A stretch of DNA of 64,000 nt from Octopus sinensis (lineage: Eukaryota). The notes beneath the pieces are model-generated. The model saw only the letters and a program-made list of their open reading frames with translations. It did not search any database and was not told where the DNA came from. Made by a program: the position numbers and the translations under genes. The number at the start of each line of letters is the position of its first letter. Position 1 is the stretch's first letter. The DNA is taken from positions 16,740,001-16,804,000 of the forward strand of contig NC_043004.1 in assembly GCF_006345805.1 (NCBI RefSeq), written 5' to 3'. Shown piece by piece: positions 13,401-26,819 of this stretch.

Positions 13401-14050
13401 GGCGCCTCTCTTTGATCTCTGTTGGCACCCCTCTTTGATCTCTGTCGGCACCCCTCTTTGATCTATGTCGGCACCCCTCTTTGATCTCTGTCGGCACCCT
13501 CTTTGATTCCTGTCGGCACCCCTCTTTCATCTCTGTCAGCACCCCTCTTTGATCTCTGTTTGCACCCTCTTTGATTGCTGTCGGCACCCCTCTTTGATCC
13601 ATGTCGGCACCCCCTTTGATATCTGTCGGCACCCCACTTTGATCTCTGTCGACACCCCTCTTTGATCTCTGTCGGCACCCCCTTTGATCTTTGTCAGCAC
13701 CCCTCTTTGATATCTGTCGGCACCCACTTTGATCTCTGTCGGCACCCTTTTTAACCTCTGTCGGCACCCCTCTTTGATCTCTGTCGGCACCCCCTTTGAT
13801 CTCTGTCGGCACCCCTCTTTGATTTCTGTCGGGACCTCCTTTGATCTCTCTCGGCACCCCTCTTTGATCTCTGTCGGCACCCCTTTGATCTCTGTCGGCA
13901 CCCTCTTTGATCTCTGTCGTCACCCCTTCGATCTCTGTCGACACCTTCTTTGATCTCTGTCGGCACCCCTCTTTGATCTCTGTCGGTACCCCTCTTTGAT
14001 CTCTGTCGGCACCCCTCTTTGATCTCTGTCGGCACCACTCTTTTATCTCT
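10483..14050. repeat. GC-rich minisatellite, consensus GATCTCTGTCGGCACCCCTCTTT (23 bp with 21-22 bp variants), about 160 units
   Basis: Directly visible tandem array. The unit has no stop codon on the minus strand, which explains the many repetitive ORFs. Confidence 0.97.
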
Positions 14051-14211
14051 GAGGCCTTGAATGGTGTAAAGCAATCTTATCAGATCTGACGTTCATCAAA
14101 ACATATATTAATGAAATATTATAACCTAAGCAATGGGATACATTACCGTAAATACATTTATTTATGCACATACACACACTGCGAAATTGGGAGAGAATAT
14201 ATATATATAAT

Positions 14212-14610
14212 GGCGCAGGAGTGGCTGTGTGGTAAGTAGCTTGCTAACCAACCACATGGTTCCGGGTTCAGTCCCACTGCGTGACATCTTGGCAAGTGTC
14301 TTCTACTATAGCCCCGGCCGACCAATGACTTGTGAGTGGATTTGGTTGACGGAAATTGAAAGAAGCCTGTCGTGTATATGTATGTGTATATATGTATATG
14401 TGTGTGTTTGTGTGTCTGTGTTTGTCCCCCTAGCATTGCTTGACAACCGATGCTGGTGTGGTTTACGTCCCCGTTACTTAGCGGTTCGGCAAAAGAGACC
14501 GATAGAATAAGTACTGGGCTTACAAAGAATAAATCCTGGGGTCGATTTGCTCGACTAAAGGCGGTGCTCCAGCATGGCCGCAGTCAAATGACTGAACAAG
14601 AAGAAGAAGA
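14212..14610 (+). mobile_element. SINE family A, full length (tRNA head, CORE-like GGCAAGTGTCTTCTACTATAG, CR1-type tail)
   Basis: GGCGCAGGAGTGGCTGTGTGGT head, GGTTCAGTCCC B box and internal (TG)n. Near-identical organisation at 28828. Confidence 0.9.
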
Positions 14611-14614
14611 ATGT

Positions 14615-14959
14615 AAGCATTTTCAGAGAGTTATAGCCAAAAAAATAGCAAAAAAATGCATTAAATTGGAAAAAAAATTATCGTAAATTTTTTTAAATCG
14701 TTGACTCATCGTAGACATTTTTAGAGAGTTACTTCCCTTATATAATAGCGAAAAAAATGCATTAAAATGGAAAAACATGATGGTAATTTTTTTTTTAAAT
14801 CGTAGACTCATCGTAGAAGCGCGCTAATACCCGGAAGGGCTCGATATGAATCACGACTATAAGATACCCGCTTTTGGTTACACTGCACCGCAAAATGTGG
14901 GAGTAGTTAGGAATCTAAATCGTAGGAGACAGACACACAACTTCACTTTTATATATAAA
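14615..14959 (-). mobile_element. Non-autonomous Helitron body lacking its 3' end
   Basis: AAGCATTTT(C/T)AGAGAGTTATAGCC matches 15009 onward. Minus-strand 5' end is TTTATATATAAAAGTGAAGTTGTGTGTC. Confidence 0.7.
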
Positions 14960-15340
14960 CTAGCAGTATCGCCCGGCGTTGCTCAGGTTTGTAAGGGAAA
15001 TAACTATAAAGCATTTTTAGAGAGTTATAGCCAAAAAATAACAAAAAAATGGAAAAAAATGATGGTAATTTTTTTTTAGTTAAAAAAGGTGGAGTTGCGT
15101 CCCCTAGACAGTTTGCGGTTTGTGTTTCTGATTCTCGACCCCATGTCGAATTTATCGATTTTTTTCAGAACTGGGGGAACTTTTCAACATTTTCGCTGCG
15201 TTAGTTTTGAATTATGACATTGGGCTATGTGTGTGTCAAGTTTCATCAGAATCGGTTGAAAGCCGTGGTCAGGGTGAGGGTACAAGCAAACAGACACACA
15301 GAAACACGCACAGACAAACTGCCGTTTATATAGAGAGAGA
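14960..15340 (-). mobile_element. Complete 381-bp non-autonomous Helitron
   Basis: Minus strand starts A|TCTCTCTCTATATAAA, ends with a GC hairpin plus CTAG|T, has no TSD and lies head-to-tail with the previous element. Confidence 0.8.
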
Positions 15341-16169
15341 TATACACGTGTGTGTGTGTGTGTGCATATGTATGTTTGTGTTGTGTGAGTATGTGTGCAT
15401 GAAAAACACTACCAAATGTGCTCGCAGACAGGTATAAATTGCATCTACTCCACACTATTTTCCCCATTTATATTTATACAGATGATACATTTGATATAGT
15501 ACAAGACAATCAGTGTCACTGAACTGCTCTATCTCGTCGGTTAAAGTATACTTGGTTCTCAACAGTGAGGCCTCTCAGCTGCATTTAGCTTGTGAATGTG
15601 GTATATTTTCCCGCTATAAAAAGCACAGTTTAATATTGCGCTTGTTCGAAATATTTACGTTAGTATATCTTACTGAAGTAAAATTTCTAGCCAGAAAGAA
15701 ACTATCTCTCATCCTCCTAATAATACTGGCTGAATATCTTTTCTATGTGTCTTTTACTCTTGTAAGGATGAACTTTCTGTTGCTAAAATTGTCATTAGTG
15801 TTGTATGAATATATAAAACATTTGGATCTATAGTTTAGTATATTTAAACATAGCCACTTCCAAAAATATATAGTAGGCTACATATTTGGTATATGACACT
15901 ATTAGGATACAAAGTGCTTGAAATGTTTCCAATATAGACACCAAATAACCATGTACAGTTATTCTATATAATACGTTTCATTAAGAATTTTTTTCACCCT
16001 GTTACACCATTATATTTTGTCTGCTACATTTAACATCTAACTTATTAAATGCATATATTTGACCGATGTCAAAGCAATCTTATTACTTTTTAGACCTAAT
16101 TGTAATATAATGTACGATTTTGAATTGTCTTAAACGTTCGTTCTGAAATAGACCATAGAAATACACACA

Positions 16170-16170
16170 C

Positions 16171-16250
<80 letters not shown>

Positions 16251-16258
16251 ATATATAT

Positions 16259-16291
<33 letters not shown>

Positions 16292-16336
16292 GTAAGTACA
16301 TATGTAAGTATATGTATATGTAAGTACATATGTAAG

Positions 16337-16367
<31 letters not shown>

Positions 16368-16384
16368 GTAAGTACATATGTAAG

Positions 16385-16428
<44 letters not shown>

Positions 16429-16512
16429 TATACGTATATATGTATATATATATAAATATATATATACATATATATACACATATATATACATATATATACA
16501 CACACACACATA
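16170..16512. repeat. Compound (TA)n/(TATG)n/(CA)n microsatellite block
   Basis: Directly visible; source of the IYIY ORFs. Confidence 0.95.
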
Positions 16513-17060
16513 TCTATAAACAAACACATACACATTAGATTTACATATATCATAAACAGTAAAACTAAACTAAATTGACATTTACTGCAATTTACTTATA
16601 GCTAGATATTTTCTATAACATATCTTTTTGCCATTATTCCCAACCGAAGACACACGGGGTGGTGTCCTTTCTTATCCAGTTCAATTTATGATCATTATCA
16701 TTTCGTTCTTCATCTGAAAAGGTCACATATGTGAATAAATTCTATGTAGATAGCTGTACGTGATATAGGATTTGATTCAATATAAGCTTAAGACAAAATG
16801 CTGGATATAAAAGTAATTTTAAAAGCTAATACATTAACTACGATAGATATTAAATAACCTTCTCCAATTAGTATTTTGGAAGACTACTTTAGACGTTTGA
16901 TCCTGTAGAATTATATTTGCTACCTTCCACAAAATATATTTAATGATTATTAATGCTCTGAAACCTTTGTTCCCCACACATAAATTGTCGTGTAGATTTC
17001 ATACATGACAGATTATTTAATTTATCTCTTTATTATTCAACACTATTTTTCGTCATATAG

Positions 17061-17228
17061 TGGTTGGAGTGGTTGGCGTTAGGAAGGGCATCCAGCCGTA
17101 GAAACACTGCCAGATATGACTGGGCCTGGTGCAGCCTTCTGGCTTCCTTGACCGCAGTTGAACCGTCCAACCCATGCTAGCATGGAAAATGGACGTTAAA
17201 CGATGATGATGATGATGATGATGATGAT
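17061..17228 (+). mobile_element. SINE 3' half with RTE-type tail ending in (GAT)n
   Basis: GGCGTTAGGAAGGGCATCCAGCCGTAGAAAC..CCATGCTAGCATGGAAAATGGACGTTAAA(CGA)(TGA)n. Antisense relative at 46545. Confidence 0.7.
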
Positions 17229-19933
17229 CTTAAAAGATTTTTTAATTTATATTTCTATTCACGTGGAGAATTATCTCGTTGAAACGAAAGATTTCGTAGA
17301 CAACCTTGTTTGAAATCAGGAAAATTTGAGTGAAAAAACTATATTATAGTTGAATATAAGGAGTAGAATCAATATAAATATGTACTATCACATCGTTATT
17401 AAATTATAAAGTACCACCTATGTCATTTGTATGATTTTATTTCTATTTTTCTCCGTCTCAGTACTATACAAGCAAACAGTTATACTTTAAAGAAAATAAC
17501 TGACAATAGAAAATACTCGATTATTTTCAATTTAGTGACATTTATTTTAGCGTTTAGAATTCAATTTGTCCAAGAGCTCTTAAAAGGTTTTCTTTTCATA
17601 AGCATTCGGTTTCACTCAGCCTTTCTTCCAATAGAAATGTTATTATCAACCACACTAATGGTAATTTCCGTAAAGTAGAAGTAATCATATAGTAAGCTGC
17701 ACCTGAAAGGTGATCTCATTATCTTCACTTAAGAGTAGTTCTCTGTAGAATATTTTAAATTTATCCAAATCATTTACTATAAGCCATTACCCATTACTAT
17801 ATTTTATACGCAATTGTCAAATAGAAGTAATACAAACTACGCAAAAATTACAGAATTACCGTTCTATTTTCACAGTGAACGCAAGACTGGTTTTATTAGA
17901 TGGATTTAGAAACGTAAAACATTTTCATCAAGAATTCACATGAGTTTACAATTTTCTCTGAAATCATTGAAGAAACATTAAATACATTTCCAATGATGGA
18001 TGCAAGGTAAAATGATGTTTTTAACGATCCGTTCATTGATTATGGAGAGACATAATACTGAAGCAGAAATCAATCCATCTAGCTTTCCATAATCATCCAT
18101 TAATTTATGGAATGCTATCTTCTTGAAATATAATATTCATCTCTCTTCATCTTTCATTAATCATATATTTAAGAAAAGTCCCATTACATTTAAAAATGTA
18201 TTATATTGTATTTATATTATATTATATTATATTATATCACATTATATGTTATATTATTTTATATTATTTATATTATATTGTGATACATTATATTATATTC
18301 CGATTCCTGATAACAAATTAGCATCATTTCCACTCCTCCAATCCACCTAGGAGAATTACCGATTCTTCACTCATCGAAAGTTTACTATCTCCAATTCTCT
18401 GCTAGAAATTGCGTGCAAAACACAGCTTGTAACATTTGTAAAATATGTACAGTCTACACTACTGTAACTTCTGCAGGATGACCATCTTATGAGAAACGTC
18501 TCTGCAGAAACGGCCAGCTATTTTTCGAAATAGCTATTTCCGAACCAACTCCACCTGAGTTAAATTCAACACCTCTCTGACCTTTGCATGTGAATTTATT
18601 GTGCCTTGCCTATCAGGTCCCGCTCTAATCGTTTTGACCCCTCCTATTCAGTATCGACCCACTGAAATCATTCCTGAACAATGTATTTCTTCCAGACGTT
18701 GGCTTACGGTTGTCCAAGCTGAACATAATGCAGAATGATGGTAGCGCTCTCATAGGATTGCAAATGTCACGCTTACTGGAAATAGTTCTTGCCTAATACG
18801 AGATAAAGATATTTATAAGCAAGTATCATTAAGATTTGATAAATTGATTTCCTTTTTGCATTTATTCCGGTGTTCTTTCAATGATTTATATATAAACAAC
18901 TCTACTAAAGATAATGAAAATACAATTAATTAGAAAAACACCAACTTCATTGCCCAAATCCCTATTCAATTTAAATGTCTGGATGACAAATTGTTGAATA
19001 GATAAATAGATATTTAAAATGCTCTGGGAATACATCAAATTAAATATCATCTACTCGCCCTACAAACACACACATACATACACTCAGATATATGTGTGTT
19101 TGGGGAGGGGCGTGTGTGTGTCTTTGTGAGGTACAAATAGGTATATAATGAATGTTTGTTTCTAAGGCGTTATTTGGTGCATTCGCGCGTAGCAAAAAGT
19201 TTCTTGCAACATTTATAATCACTGCGACTTTCAGAATAACATATAAAACCTTAATTATCCTAATATACTTTGTATTTATTTATTTACTCATATTAGCTGT
19301 TATAAGATCGATTGATCATATCTATCCTATTTTCGTTGCCCCAGAAAGTGCAATCTTTGTGTCTCGCAAAAATATAGCATTTTATTATCACGGTCTGTAA
19401 TTTTGAGCAAAATACGGGAATAGGTCAGTTCTTACAGACAGACACTTCTATTGACATTTATTGAGAACTTAATCAATTACTTAGTGAAATAGGTAGTATG
19501 TGTCCCACTCACTTAATTGCCCATATCTTGAATGACAGTCAACTTTGAAAAGAAAATATTAAATCAACAATATCGAACTTTCTTTAACAAAATTCCTTTT
19601 CCTTGATATTGTCTGTTTCATATATGTGAGGCTCAATGTGTAAAAATACCTGATGGTGAATAGAGGAATGTATTACGTATTCCGCATAAATTTGGACATA
19701 TGCTAAGACTCCTTGATAACTACTCAGATCTTCATCACATTTCTTAATTCGATGTATTTACGAATATTTTTGGTTATGTATTGTCGCACTCTTTCCTTTG
19801 TCCGGTCGTTTGAACATAGATTATAGAACTGAAGTCAGTAAATCGCAAATCTAAAATTCAAAGAAGCGATTCAGGATGCTTCAGCGTCGAATAAACTTTG
19901 TCTCTGCTGTACTTTTTAGACATTTTCACCAAC

Positions 19934-19994
<61 letters not shown>

Positions 19995-20553
19995 CTGTGT
20001 GTCTGTGTGTGTGTGTGTGTGTGTGCGTGTGCGTGTGTATATGATCGGATATGTCTCTGAGTGTGTGTATTTGCCTGAAAGTGTGTGTGTGTGTGTGTGT
20101 GTGTTTGCATGCGTGGTGTATGAGTGTATTTGTTTACTGATACACACCGACTAACATTCTACTGACCCCCGCTTCTTTTATGTCTTACGTTTGGTATATC
20201 TTTCTCTACTGAGGTTTAAAAGACTGCGTATTTTTCGTAGCAAATGGTAATTAATTCTGATCAGGTGTTTAAATATGTATTTTGGTGAAAATGAAATAAT
20301 TTTCATCATTTCAGAGCCCAGGTATACTGCATATAATAGACTGGATGATATTAAATTGTTGAAAACCATATGTGACTTGGTAGCGCAACACACGTTGGTG
20401 TGCTTGAAAAGAGAGAGTTGGGCTTGTGGTGTAAGTGATAGCCATTCTAGATGTATTCTAGCGTGATAACTGTGTATCAGAGGTTTCTGTCACAGTAAAG
20501 TGATAGAGTAGTGTTTCAGCTTTACAGTAATTGATATCTCTATTGCTATCTAG

Positions 20554-20850
20554 GTGGAGGCATATGGCCAAGTGGTTAGAGCAGCGGACTCGCGATCGAG
20601 GGATCGCGGGTTCGAATCTCAGGCCGGGTGGTGTGTGTGTTTATGAGTGAAACTCATAAGCTCCACGCGGCTCCGCCAGAAGGCAATGGCGAAATTGTGC
20701 TGACTCTTTCGCCACAACTTTCCCTCACTCTTTCCTCCTGCATCTTGCAGCTCACCTGCGACGGACCGGCGTCCTGTCTAGGTGGGGAACTTATACGCCA
20801 AATAAACCGGGAAACCGGCCCTTATCAGCCAGACGTGGCTCGAGAAGAAA
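20554..20850 (+). mobile_element. tRNA-derived SINE (family C)
   Basis: GTGGAGGCATATGGCCAAGTGGTTAGAGCAGCGGACTCGCGATCG..GGTTCGAATC head, homologous to 1487-1801. Confidence 0.75.
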
Positions 20851-21943
20851 CAAACAATTGCTATCTAGACTGGTCTCCTCTAAATTCAATACTGCTATCT
20901 TAGAAAGAATACTGGCGGATGATGCTCATTGATATTTAACAAACGTGAATTTATTAAATCATACCTTTATATTAACACAGATTATTGCCTATACTACATT
21001 CCTTCATCTCGGAGGCACAATTATTCATTTATGCTAATACTGCTTTCTCTTTCAATGCGTTGACCTCTTTCTCTATTTGATTAATCCTATTTTCTTCTCT
21101 ACTATCTCTTTTCCTCTTCCTCCATATCCTTCTTTTCTCTCCTCTCCTCAAAAATTCTGAGGGAACTTTGCTAACATACAGATTTCATCAAGTTATTCCC
21201 CTTGAATTATAATTAGCTGAATCTCCGTTGATTAAAGCTAGTATTCAATTAGTTTTTGATAATTAATCGGAGTACTTTTACCAAGATTAATTAATTAAGC
21301 GCGTGAATAAGTAACGTTGGAATCTATTAATCGGGCCAATCTTTATTGTTGTTGACTTGAAAAAAGATATAAATATAAAAATATATTTTTTTAATAGGCC
21401 GGCACCTGTTCTAAGAACATGTTTTGATTGGGTCAAATGTCATACTAAGTGTCTACTATTCGCTGCAAAACCAGCAAGTTCTGCCTTTACTAGCCACAAA
21501 GGACGAGGTTGCTAGGTTTAATGACATCTTCAGAATAGAAATGGCCTCACGTGTTCTTTAATTTACAAGCTCATTCTGCTATCCGTCCTCGAGAATTGAC
21601 AGATTATAGTCTCATCCACTTCACGTTTCTGAAATGCGGGTAATTTTGCTTAGAAATTTTACTTGTTGATTATCTGTTGATTAATTAACAAGTTATCGCT
21701 CGTTTGTTTATTTTGCTGGCTTGATGAGAGTTGACTAACGTAATATTATCTGCACTTGGCATACCTATCTGTACCATATTTATGTCACAATAAAGACGAA
21801 ATAATTTTAACAATACCAGATATTTGTCTGTTATTATTTCATACACACACACATACATACCTGCACATATACATACTAAAATATTGACATATATATATGT
21901 ATTTACACACATACATACAACATGTATATATGTGTGTGCAGGT

Positions 21944-21992
<49 letters not shown>

Positions 21993-21994
<2 letters not shown>

Positions 21995-22897
21995 GGGTTA
22001 TGCCATAAATAATGCGGTTTTTATAGTTCTTTAATTTTTCACAATTAAGATAACCAAAGGTTTTTTTTAAATCTAAAATATACTCTCCTTCATTTTCTAC
22101 AATGCTCTTCCATCTGTCCGCTCGATTTGCAAGTCCCCTCTTCCAAAATTCACTTGTCCGTGATGAAAAATACTCCTCCAATACTGTTCTGATTTCGTCT
22201 ACAAAATTCATATTTTTTCCATCCAAATGATTTTGAAGACTGCGAAATAAATGATAGTCAGAGGGGGCAGTATCCGGCGAATATGGTGGGTAGGGCATCG
22301 TTTCCCATTCAAACTGCTCCAGCCTAAGGAATGTCATTCTCGCTGTATGTGAACGAGCATACAGACTCGGATAGTTTGTGATCTAATTTGCTGACTTTTC
22401 TGGTGGCATGTAGCTGTCCATGAATGATAGAATGATCAAATCCAAGCTCTCTGCTAGATCCTCAACTGTTACTATAAGATTTTGCTCTGCCAAAGTTTGC
22501 AGGACATCCTCGGCTAGCTCTAGAGATTTCCCAGGACGGGGCATGTCTTCTAGGATGTAGTTTCTGGCTCCGAAGTTCTGGGACCACCGATGACACTGGC
22601 TTACGCTTACTGTCTGATCCCCGTATACTGCATTAATATTCCTCACACTTTCGATGCGCTGTTACATTTATTGAACTCGTAAAGCAAAATATGCTGAATA
22701 TGCTCCTTTGTCACTCCTATTGTAGCTTTGAAAAAATAACTGTAAACATTGAACTGCACAATAAAAAAAATTGCACTAAGAATAAGTACAAGGTAAAATT
22801 ACTACCTCCCTTTATAGCAAGTTGATGCAGGTTTTAAATCTCCCCCTTCGACTTTTAGTTCATAGAACTGAAAATACCGCATTGTTTATAGGATGAC

Positions 22898-22901
<4 letters not shown>
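21993..22901 (-). mobile_element. Internally deleted mariner transposon with both TIRs
   Basis: TIRs TTGGGTTATGCCATAAATAATGCGG and CCGCATTGTTTATAGGATGACCCAA, with TA on the right. HTH region (YGDQTVSVSQCHRW..LEDMPRPG) and C-terminus (PYSPDTAPSDYHLFRSLQNHL) are present; the region with the first two catalytic Asp residues is missing. Confidence 0.9.
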
Positions 22902-22963
<62 letters not shown>

Positions 22964-22964
22964 A

Positions 22965-23552
22965 ATTCGTCAGTTATCCAACGTTTATACGTTTATATAA
23001 TATAATAATATTTCAGAATATATAAATTTTTTCTTCAGATATCGCTAGGAATTCACCGAGTCTCTGTTATAACCAGTTATACAACGTTTACTGATTTTTT
23101 TTTTCCGGAAGCGTCTCTGCAGTGGTCTCATGAAGCTCCTTCCGGAATTCCATATGAGAAGTGTGTGAGGGCGACCATATATCAAGCTCGTGTGTGTTGG
23201 CACATCTGCAGGGCTGCTTTTAAGTTGTGTATTATACGTGCAGGTTCTTTTTTATATATAATACATGAGTATGTTATAAAAAATGGACCTACATGCATCC
23301 ACATCTAGCTAAATATTATTTTGATTGTCAACCTCCAGCTTGTTGTTAATATGGGGCCCTAATCTGTCTATGAGGATAGCTTCCTTAATTCTTAGATTAC
23401 CCAAATTTCTTTCATTGGCCTCAAGTGTGACTGTCATGCTTTTGTAGGTGTTCCGGCATCTGTCTTGATGCTTTCTGAAGGAGGTGTCTCTCTGTGTTCA
23501 GATGTTCTTTGATGCGAATGTGTAACGGTCTTGTTGTGCTACCCAGTGAAAG
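22965..23552 (-). mobile_element. PLE 3' fragment (C-terminal half of GIY-YIG plus 3' UTR)
   Basis: Minus frames give GSTTRPLHIRIKEHLN and LRIKEAILIDRLGPHINNKLE*. Flanked by (TA)n and (TG)n. Confidence 0.65.
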
Positions 23553-23564
23553 AAATATATATTT

Positions 23565-23609
<45 letters not shown>

Positions 23610-25185
23610 TCTGCGTGGATGTGTTTAGTAGTTATAAATTTTGTGTGCAGATATATAATTCAAGCGTCGCATATTACTGTTATACCATTACGTAACTGCG
23701 AGCTATGCACAGATACGTCATTTTCTAAATTAACTTCTGTTCATGTAAAACTTTATTGTTAGTTGTCTGAATAATAACAATCACTCAAATATATTCTCTT
23801 GAAAGGAAATTGAATTAAAATAGTATACTGCACATCCAGTGAGAATGCAAAATATCTACAGAAGTGCCTAATCAATAGAATAGCAAACTAATTCAGATAT
23901 ATGCATGTATGAAGTGTGAAAGTGGGTTATAAGAATGTTGAAATCTATATTTTCCATCACCTGAATCTTATCCTTCAAATACAAGACAAAAATATCAATT
24001 TTATTTGAAGAAAGTAATAGAAATAATGTATTCGTTTGCGTAAGTTCTAATCAAGGCATAATTTATCGCTGGAATAATTATTGACAAAGAAAGTTTTTCA
24101 CACATGGAAAAGTTAATAATACCTGAAGCTATAGCAAATTGCAATGAAAGATGCAGATTCGGTAAAATTATAATTATAAAAAACTTTGCTAAATTTGTAG
24201 AAATATGAAATACATATAAATAGTAAAGAGATAAAAAAAAATGTTTCAAATATGCAAGTTTTTGTGAGAGATACTGCCTGCCATTATAATCTTGTGAAAA
24301 GAAAAAAAAGCCATAAAATGGTAAAGAAACATTCATTAGATTAGATAGAATTGAATAAATACAATGCCTTGAAAAGAATTCTGTCGTTATCAATTCATAG
24401 GCAAATACAGCAATTATGCAAATAGCCATTGAGATATGGTATATTACATGAAATGCTTGTCTATGATGTTGTAACAATATATGTGTTTCAGAAATTTTGA
24501 AAAATAATAATGTAGTAGTTGTGCGGTTATATGTGCTATACTGAAAGTAATTTATTTTAACTATTTGGTAAATATAGTAACGTATACTTCATATACATGA
24601 ATGGATAAATAGTTTATTTAGCAATCATTAAGACATACTTATGAAATGGTGTGGAACTATTTATGAACATCATCACTCCAAATGGTGTTGTAGTGAAGAA
24701 CTTTTTTTTCATATTATGCACGAGGTAGGTGATTATTTGTACATCTGCCTGTGGAAATAAAACTAATATTTCAAACCTTTTTTCATAATATTACAACTAG
24801 AAAGCTTAGGCACTAATTATATACGACATCATGTTCAACTCCGTGTTCTACATCTAAATTATTCTTCTCTAGAATTAAAAACATTCGGAGAAAATTAACG
24901 ACAAAATCCTAGGAATATTGTTGTCACAGTTATTAAATATTCTATTAATCCTCCTCTACCAAGCTGATATATCACATTAAATTGTCAATATTCTTTTATG
25001 GCAAAACTAACAAGCATCGAAATAGGGGCCAAAGAACTCTTAAATTACAGTTCAGTGCTTTAGAGAATAAGGGTTCATTGGATTCCCACCCACGGTGTTC
25101 TGGATAAAACGGGGTCGTCATGGCTGAAACATCTTTAGTATTAGGTGTGCGTATGTGTGTGTGTGGTGTGTGTGTGTGTGTGTGT

Positions 25186-25217
<32 letters not shown>

Positions 25218-26819
25218 AGAGAAAAGTGGGGCTGAGCAACAAAGAACAAAAATCAACTAATGTATGAATATATATTTGACTACCATTAGATATGACAAGT
25301 CACAGTACTCACAAACTATTGAGAGTAAATTAATTTATTAATTAGATTGTCTAAATTATATCTATAGTATGACTTTTGTTTTATCCAATGTGAAACACTA
25401 ATTCAAACACACATCACTGAGATTGGATTTATAAGGAAAAACTCACAAGCCAGGGATTAAATATAATACCCGAGTTATAACATGCATTTTATTTATGTTG
25501 CACATGAAGTTAAAATCTCGACAAAACTGAGCAAATCTTCAATGAAAGAGCGACCATAGAAAGGCCTTGAAAAATGAAAGTTGGCTCCAAACATGTGCAA
25601 CGCTTACTTGCCACATCTCTCTGGCTTCGCTGAGCAATTTTGTCTTGTTTTCAGTTTTAACATAGTGGTTTACGTTTGTTTTGAAGACTACAGACGAGTT
25701 ATTAATTATATTGCTGATCAGTCTTGTCCGATCAAAGCTATGAGGACAGTCATACTAGTCGTGACGATGCCATCATATTTTGGAAGACATATTGTGACTA
25801 GAACTGCATTATTCAATGCGTTCGTTAAAATAAAAGTCGATGGATAGACGTAAAGCAAAATTCCTTTTAGCACTCCTTCCGGATATCTCTACATGCTGAG
25901 TCCAAATCCCCAAAATATGGATTAAAAAATGCAAGGTGGAATTTCATCAATTGCGAAGCGGAGCCGCCGAGAAAATTTGCTCATCATTATCCTAAAGTTC
26001 CTCATGGAAGATTTTTATTTTTATTTTACAATTTCCTCTCATGAACGAAACAAGAATAACCACCGGTGGAAGCGTTCTCGTGAACGTGGAATACGCTGAT
26101 AAATACAAATAGATGTTTAATTTTTATATAAATATCTTATTTTAATTATTGTGTACTTTATGGCGCTTTTGTAAATATTTGTACTTTTTTATGTTTTTAA
26201 TTCGCCCACGTATATATTGCATAACCCTTTTCACTCTTTGTCTTATCCACCCCGCCTACCGTCTGAACTTTCTTTGTTGTTTTTTAATATTTAAGCTCTT
26301 GTGATTAATAGGAAATATATTACCATAATTATTATTCGTGTTGCTGCTGTTGTTGTAGCAGCGATTAGTAGTAGTAGTAGTAGTAGTAAATTGACGCGCT
26401 ACCCACGTATCTCAAATACATTCAACGCATTCCCGTTATTGCAAAATGGAGAAAAGTCATTGGAAATGGCGTCTCATGTAACGAAAAAAATTTACATTTT
26501 CTATATTAATTTGGAAAAAGCCTAGCAATTGTTGCGAAGTAAAATAAAAGAAAACACAATTAAGATTTCGAAAATTTATTTGTAAGAGAATTATAATTAA
26601 ACAATAGAATGTGCGAAACGCATTTCATATTTCATTAGTATACTTTCATACAAAAGAAGGCATTCTTAATATATTCTGAAATAATTTAGTCGGATAATAG
26701 AAGAATTTCCAAAATGATTAGCTTCATTTGTTGGTAATGCACATTTTATATGAATCAGCAGCTACTAAGAAAAAAAAAACATTTACAATACCAGTCCTTC
26801 GAAGTTACAAATAAGATGA

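Noticed and set aside
10483-14050. CRISPR-like 23-bp repeats
   Set aside because: The units are contiguous with no unique spacers, there are no cas genes, and the context is eukaryotic.
10436-14074. Dozens of overlapping ORFs up to 295 aa (PTEIKEG/GADRDQR repeats)
   Set aside because: They arise because the 23-bp unit has no stop on the minus strand. Mixed 21-23 bp units shift frame constantly, so there is no frame conservation.
16083-16553. IYIY/HTHT/LSIY ORFs here and at many other sites
   Set aside because: Translations of (TA)n, (CA)n and (TAGA)n microsatellites.
18469-18510. GATGA..GAAACGTC flanked by TCTGCAG repeats, hammerhead-like
   Set aside because: CU of the core is missing and stem II does not pair; at best a relic.
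20554-20625. tRNA-like sequences (also 1735-1801, 42150-42216, 14212-14280)
   Set aside because: SINE heads: A and B boxes are present, but acceptor and anticodon stems are imperfect and they run into SINE bodies.
23005-23147. Two hammerhead-like strings 3' of the PLE fragment (CTGAAGA..GAAA; TTCATGA..GAGACGCTTC)
   Set aside because: Stem II is unpaired or the core is mutated, so they cannot be distinguished from chance in AT-rich DNA.
24001-24477. 158-aa hydrophobic ORF on the minus strand
   Set aside because: No recognisable motif; the F/I/L/Y richness is expected from T-rich DNA.
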